A DNA stretch of 64,000 nucleotides from assembly GCF_009914755.1 (NCBI RefSeq), contig NC_060944.1. The stretch is one strand, 5' to 3'. The notes beneath the pieces are model-generated. The model was not told the DNA's origin, did no database searches, and saw nothing but the letters and a program-made list of their open reading frames with translations. The stretch's first letter is position 1; each line of letters opens with the position of its first letter. Below are positions 58,486-64,000 of the stretch, one piece after another. The DNA is from the human T2T-CHM13v2.0 reference genome, Homo sapiens. The translations under genes were made by a program, and so were the position numbers.

Positions 58486-59609
58486 ATTGGAATTAGTATT
58501 TGGGCTTCCCCAGGGAAGCACCAATTTTGACCCATGATAGAATGGAGAGCCCATTATTAGTCCCCAAAGAAGCTAGTCTTGAACTATTAAAACACAAATG
58601 ATGAACTCAGTGCTATAAGAAAAGGGTCTCTGCATTTAATTTATTGGTCTGGTTCTGATTAGTCGTGTGGCCTTGAGCAAATCACTTGCATTTCTGGGCT
58701 TCACGTTCCTTATCAGTGGGTAAATGAATGAATGGAATTGGTCCATTTGTAAGCCCCCATGAGTTTATAAAATTAGAGCTGTTGAAAGGGAGATCTGTGC
58801 TCAGCCTTTGTCTGAGGCAGTTTCACCCCCTTTCACCTGGGCGACTGTATGCGCCTTTGCAGTCCTTCAAGATGGCGACTGGCCCTTGCCATCTCTCAAC
58901 TCCTATGATGTTTCTGGCAGAGTTCCTCCTGTTGACTCATCTTCCAACCTCAGACTCCTAAGAAAGTACAGACTAGTGATGACCAGGATGGGCCATGGTG
59001 GTTGAAAATTTAGAGCTTGGGGTAGGGTCGACCTGAGGGAAAGAACATGTTAATGAGTTTATGTGGGCAGTGAGATGATCCATGTAATGACAGGCAGAAC
59101 TTAATGCTTCCTGCTCCCTCCCCTTCCTTCTCTCTTCCCCTCAAGGCTGGCTTCCCACCAGAATTGTGCTATTTAATTATCTTTGCTGATAAAGATAAAT
59201 GGCAATCATTCAACTCCTGAATGAGTAAAAAGAGAAATTTCACATGAGTCACCCAGGGTCTTCTTTCAAACCTCACTGGAAACTAAGCTGTGTTTTTTTA
59301 TGACTTCTCTGCTTTGCAGGGACTCTAATTTCCTCCACTGGCGACCATTACAGTCCTTTATATAGAACAGTAAAAACAACATGGCACATTAACCTTTGTG
59401 AATGACACAGTCAGAAGGTGCCTTCGTCAGCAGTGGGCTCTGATGTAAACATGGGGAAGTGAGACACAGCTTTGGTACAGATTTCTTTGTATAACTTACA
59501 CCCCTGTGGCCTGGGTGACACTTTTAAAAGTCACAGAAAATGCCAGCTTTGTCCCTCCCTGTTGGAGGTGGGGGAGAGACTGTCACAAATGGCCAGTTTA
59601 GAGCAGGAT

Positions 59610-60300
59610 GTGGACATCTCACCAGTTCTCATGGCCTTCTCTGCTGCCACCCCGCTCTGAGCCACCACCGCCTCTCCCCTGGACGATTGCAATGGCTTTG
59701 TGACTGGTTCTCCCTGTTTCTGCCCCCATGGTGTATTTTCAAATCAGCAGCCAGAGGAATCTTTTAAAAACATATTAGATTACATCACTGTTCTAGGTTA
59801 CCCAGCCTCAGCTCACACTCTGAGTAGAAGACAAAGTCTTTCCAATGCCAAATGGGCTCAGGCAGTCTGCCCCAGGTACTTCTCTGTCCCCACTCCTGGC
59901 CCACATTACCTGGAAGGGCCTTGGCTCTGGCTGTTTCTTCTGCCGGTAATATTCTTCACCAGATTTCTGCAGGCCCCTCCCACTCCCCTCCTTCAAGCCA
60001 TTATTCAAATACTGTCTTTTCGATGGGGGTCTTTCCTGTCTTCCTATCTGAAGATGCAAACTTATCTCCCACACTCTCTTTCCTTTTTCCTAGCACTTAT
60101 CAATGTCTTACATGCAATTTTCAAAATTTAAAGCAAAAAAATCTGCTGGTTACTTCCAAAATCACCAGTTTCATATCTCTAGTTAAATAAATAAATACTA
60201 TATGTAACATTATTGTTATTATTTACCATTTATCTCTCCCAAGTGAAAATATGCTCCTTGAAGATGGGAATTTTTGTCTTTGTTCCCTACTTTTGGGACT
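59610..60300 (+). mobile_element. L2 fragment
   Basis: CTCCCCTGGACGATTGCAATGGC..CAGCAGCCAGAGGAATCTTTTAAAA..GCTCCTTGAAGATGGGAATTTTTGTC. Confidence 0.7.
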
Positions 60301-60311
60301 GTATCCTTTAG

Positions 60312-60441
60312 GTCAGGGATTCTCCAACTTTCATATGCCCGGGAATCACCTGGGGGTCCTTTTAAAAAATGTAGACTCTAATTGGTAGCTTTGGGATGAG
60401 AACTGGGAATTTGCATCTCCAACAAGCTCTCAGGTGATACT
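60312..60441. mobile_element. MER5A (end apparently resumes at ~62975-62993)
   Basis: CAGGGATTCTCCAACTTT..GAATCACCTGGGG..TTTGCATCTCCAACAAGCTCTCAGGTGATAC. Confidence 0.7.
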
Positions 60442-60978
60442 TGCTATTGAATGAATCTGGGTTCTGCCCGCCCAATGCCGCAAACTCAAACACTGACATC
60501 GGGATTTCAGTGAGAGAAAATGAGGCATTTATGGTAGGGCACTAAGCAGGGGGAATGGGGCTGCTAAAGCCTAAGACCCAAATTCCCGGAGGGCTTACAG
60601 ATAAGGGTTTCTAAAGGTGGGGAGGCAGAGGTCACAGGAAAAGTCATGAGTCAATACATGGAGGCTATGCATTGCTTTGACCTAGAAAGGCAGGACATCT
60701 TGAAGCAGGGGCCCAAAGGTCATAGGTGGAGTCAAAGATTTTCTGATTTGCAATTGGTTAAGGAGGTGAAGCTTTGTGTAGAAAGTTTAGGATCAGCAGA
60801 AAAGAATGTTAGCTCTGGCTCATGGGTGTGTCCTCCTCCAGGCCTTTCAGGAAGAAATTTAGAACAAAGGACAGCAGTGACAGTTTCCAGTCCTCAGTTT
60901 CTCCTTATCTGAGGTCTGTGTGCCAGTGGATCTGTTTGGTGTAGATCAAGATTTCTGAAAAACAACTCAGGGACATAC

Positions 60979-62754
60979 TGATATGGTTTGGATCTGTGTC
61001 CCCACCCAAATCTTGTATTGAAATGTAATCCCCAGTGCTGGAGGTGGAGTCTGGTGGGAGGTGATTGGATCATGGGGCTGGTTTCTCATGGTTTAACACC
61101 ATCCCCACTTGGTGCTCTCATAGCGATAGTGAGTTCTCGTGAGATCTGATTGTTTAAAAGTGTGTGGCACCTCCCCTCCTCTCTCTCCCTCCTGCTCTGG
61201 CTATGTGAAGTGCTGGCTCCCCCTTTGCCTTCTGCCATGATTTTCTGAGGCCTCACCAGAAACTGAGCAGGTGCCAGCATCATTCTTTCTGTGCAGTCTG
61301 CAGAACCATAAGCCAATTAAACATCTTTTCTTTATAAATTACTCAGTCTCAGGTATTTCCTTATAGCAATACAATGGACTAATGGACTAATACAGAAAAT
61401 TGGTACTAAGAAGTGAGGGCATTGTTATAAAGATGCCTGAAAATGTGGAAGCAGCTTTGAAACTGGGTAGCCAGCAGAGGTTGGAACAGCTTGGAGGGCT
61501 CAGAAGAAGAAAGGAAGGTGAGGGAAACTTTGGAACTTTCCAGACACTTGTTCAATAGTTGTGACCACAATGCTGATAGTGATATGGGCAGTAAAGTCTA
61601 GGATGAGGAGGACTCAGGTAGAAATGAGGAACTTATGATTGAAGCAACCATTGCAAAATTATAACTGAGAAAATTATTACAGTAAAATAGATCTGACCTA
61701 ACCAACTTCATCTTGCTTCTAACCTCCAAGCTGTCCTTGTTCACTCCTGGGCATAGGCCGAACTAACTGTGGGAGGAACTTATAGTTTAATTTTGAAGCA
61801 AAGATAATAACAGCCCTTTCCCAAAACAAACCCCCTTCCTGCCTGGGGACTAGACTGCCTTTGTAAGACTAACAAATTACCTACAAGATAAGAAACTATG
61901 GTTTAAGAATCATACAGCTGGAGGCTATAAGATTCTGACCCTCCCCAAAGTGCTCCTGGGGATAACATCACTATTGTAAAACCTATGATCAGTGATTGAG
62001 ATATTGATAGATCAGCTGGAACCACCCAGATTGATAAACTGGCTCATCTGATCTTGCGGCCCCCACCTAGAAACTGACTCAGCAAAAGACGACAGCTTTG
62101 ATTCCCTTTGACTCATCTCCAACCCAACCAATCAGCACTCCCAACTCACTGGCCCCTCTGTGCCAAATTATCGTTAAAAACTTCAATCCCTAAATTCTCA
62201 GGGAGACTGATTATAAAACTCCAGTCTCCCACAGAGGTGGCTCTGCATGAATAACTCTTTCTCTATTGCAATTCATTGTCTTGATAAATCAGCTCTTTCT
62301 AGGCAGTGGGCAAGACATGAGTTTTGGGAGGGGCCGGGGACAGAATGATAAGGTTTGGCCGTGTGCCTCCATCCAAATCTCATGTTGAAATGTAATCCTC
62401 AATGCTGAAAGTGGGGCCTTGTGGGAGGTGATTGTATCATGGGGGCAGTTTTGTCTCATGGTTTAACAGCATCCCCCCTTGGTTGTCACGATAGTGAGTT
62501 CTCATGAAATCTGGTCGTTTCAAAGAGTGTGACACCTCTCCCCACTTCCTCCTGCTCCAGTTATATGATGTGCCAGCCCCCTTCACCATCTACCATGATT
62601 GTAAGTTTCCTGAGGCTACCCCAGAAGCTGAGCAGATGCCAGCACTATCTTTCCTGTACAGCCTGTGGAACCACAGGGCAATTAAACATCTTTTCTTTAT
62701 AAATTACCCCTTCTCAGCTATTTCTTTATAGCAGTGTGAGAACAGAGTAATACA
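60979..62754 (+). mobile_element. MSTA provirus (5'LTR 60979-61394, 3'LTR 62346-62754) with mostly deleted interior
   Basis: Two LTRs TGATA..TAATACA. Internal start GAAAATTGGTAC and internal end ACATGAGTTTTGGGAGGGGCCGGGGACAGAA. Confidence 0.88.
61640..62314 (+). mobile_element. LTR8-like LTR lacking its 3' terminus
   Basis: TTGCAAAATTATAACTGAG..CATCTTGCTTCTAACCTCCAAGCTGTCCTTGTTC..CTAGGCAGTGGGCAAG. Confidence 0.82.
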
Positions 62755-63039
62755 CACGTTAGGATGTTACCTTTAGTTTCCATAGGGAATCAAACATCTA
62801 GTGACTCTAACTTCCTTGGCTATTGTTTCAAGCTATTATTACCTTCTTGCATATCAAGTTGCTCTCAGGGCTAGCCAGGTGTCTGGAATTTCCCTTGAAG
62901 GAACTCAAGATTTTCTTTTATTTCCATGCTTGGAGGGCCCGTAGCCTCCAAGAGGAGTCCCTGTTGTGTCTCACAGTGATTTGGAACAGCAAGGCTGAAG
63001 ACCATGTGGTTTCATGCCTGGAGGCAGGACTGCTAGTTG

Positions 63040-63355
63040 TTTTTTTTTTTTGTTTGTTTTGTTTTTTTTTTTTGAGATAGAGTCTTGCCCTGTCACTTAG
63101 GCTGGAGTGAAGTGGCGCAATCTCAGCTCACTATAACCTCCACCTCCCAGTTTCAAACAATTCTCCTGCCTCAGCTTCCTGAGTAGCTGATATTATATGC
63201 ACGAGCCACCATGCCTTGCTAATTTTTGTACTTTTAGTAGAGACAGGGTTTCACCATGTGGGCCAGGCTGGTCTTGAACTCCTGATCTCAAGTCATCTGC
63301 TGGCCTCGGCCTCCTTAAGTGCTGGGATTACAGGCATGAGCCACCACACCTGGCC
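63040..63355 (-). mobile_element. AluS (Sz/Sx-like)
   Basis: Alu dimer; TSD C(T/C)AGTTGTTTT on both sides. Confidence 0.9.
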
Positions 63356-63394
63356 CCACCAGTTGTTTTCTTTCCAAAGTCAAGTTCAAAAACC

Positions 63395-63570
63395 CAGGGC
63401 TGAGTTGATGGTATCAGTCACATGGGAGAGCTTTAAGTTACAGATTCCTGGCTGTCTACCTCAGAGTTTGTAATTTAGTAGGTCAGAAGAGGGCCCTAGG
63501 AATCTCAGTTTTTTTTTTTTTTTTAAAGTTCACTGGGTGATTTGGATGTGCAGCTGGGATGGGTAACCAA
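63395..63570. mobile_element. MER5B-like
   Basis: CATGGGAGAGCTT..CAGATTCCTGG..GGCCCTAGGAATCT..GGTGATTTGGATGTGCAG. Confidence 0.6.
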
Positions 63571-63969
63571 TGATACGGAAAAATAAAGAATTTCTTACAT
63601 ATGCAAATCTGATGCTAGTTGTTGCCAAATTGTCATCTAGTCGGTACAAAATGGAAATTGGCATCTCAAATGAAAATAAAAAAATATCTTTTTTCTTGTT
63701 GGCATCATTTGGTTGGCTTCCAAAAATTTAATGATTTCAACAGAGAAAAAGGGAAAATGTGTATAATCATTTCAGAACATCCCTATTCATCACTTTAAAA
63801 TTCTATTTAGTATTATGAAAATAGCACAAGCATATAGAAAACAGTTCAAACAGTAAAAAGATATGCAATGAAAAGTGAGCTTTTCTTCTATTTTGGACTT
63901 CCAGTCTCATTCTTTGGAGGAAATTTTTGTTAACAATGTCTTATCAATATTTCCAGAAAATTTCTAGGT

Positions 63970-64000
<31 letters not shown>
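63970..64000. repeat. (CA)n microsatellite (runs off window)
   Basis: Visible directly. Confidence 0.95.

Larger units (their letters stand above)
60442..62974 (-). mobile_element. LOR1-like LTR split by MSTA provirus
   Basis: CAAACACTGACATCGGGATTTCAGTGAGAGAAAATGAGGCATTTAT..; sequence resumes at 62755. Confidence 0.75.

Overview
Primate (human-like) non-coding genomic DNA made mostly of interspersed repeats. I see no host protein-coding gene, RNA gene or CRISPR array. The ORFs with recognisable homology are broken LINE-1 ORF1/ORF2 pieces; the rest are antisense shadows of repeats, low-complexity artefacts or short ORFs without support. 1-27.3 kb is a nested set on the minus strand. An old L1MC-type element is interrupted by an MST (MaLR) provirus, a full-length L1PB1-like element, a solo MST LTR and a 5'-inverted L1MA carrying an AluY. 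The L1PB1 3'UTR in turn carries two full-length L1PA elements (L1PA5-like and L1PA7-like) inserted about 60 bp apart. Most target-site duplications (TSDs) are still readable. 27.3-32.7 kb holds a 21-bp minisatellite, nested DNA transposons and an exact 26-bp copy of MER53 sequence inside a MIR. 32.7-38.2 kb is a second L1MC on the + strand. 38-64 kb is a mosaic of L2, MIR and old L1, with a dense run of LTRs at 49.5-63 kb (MER41, MER4, MER39, MER21, MER31, LOR1, MSTA and LTR8-like). Subfamily names come from recalled consensus sequences and need Dfam/RepeatMasker confirmation. I found no convincing novel biological system. The best leads are the insertion architecture, templated micro-rearrangements and candidate TE-derived regulatory DNA.
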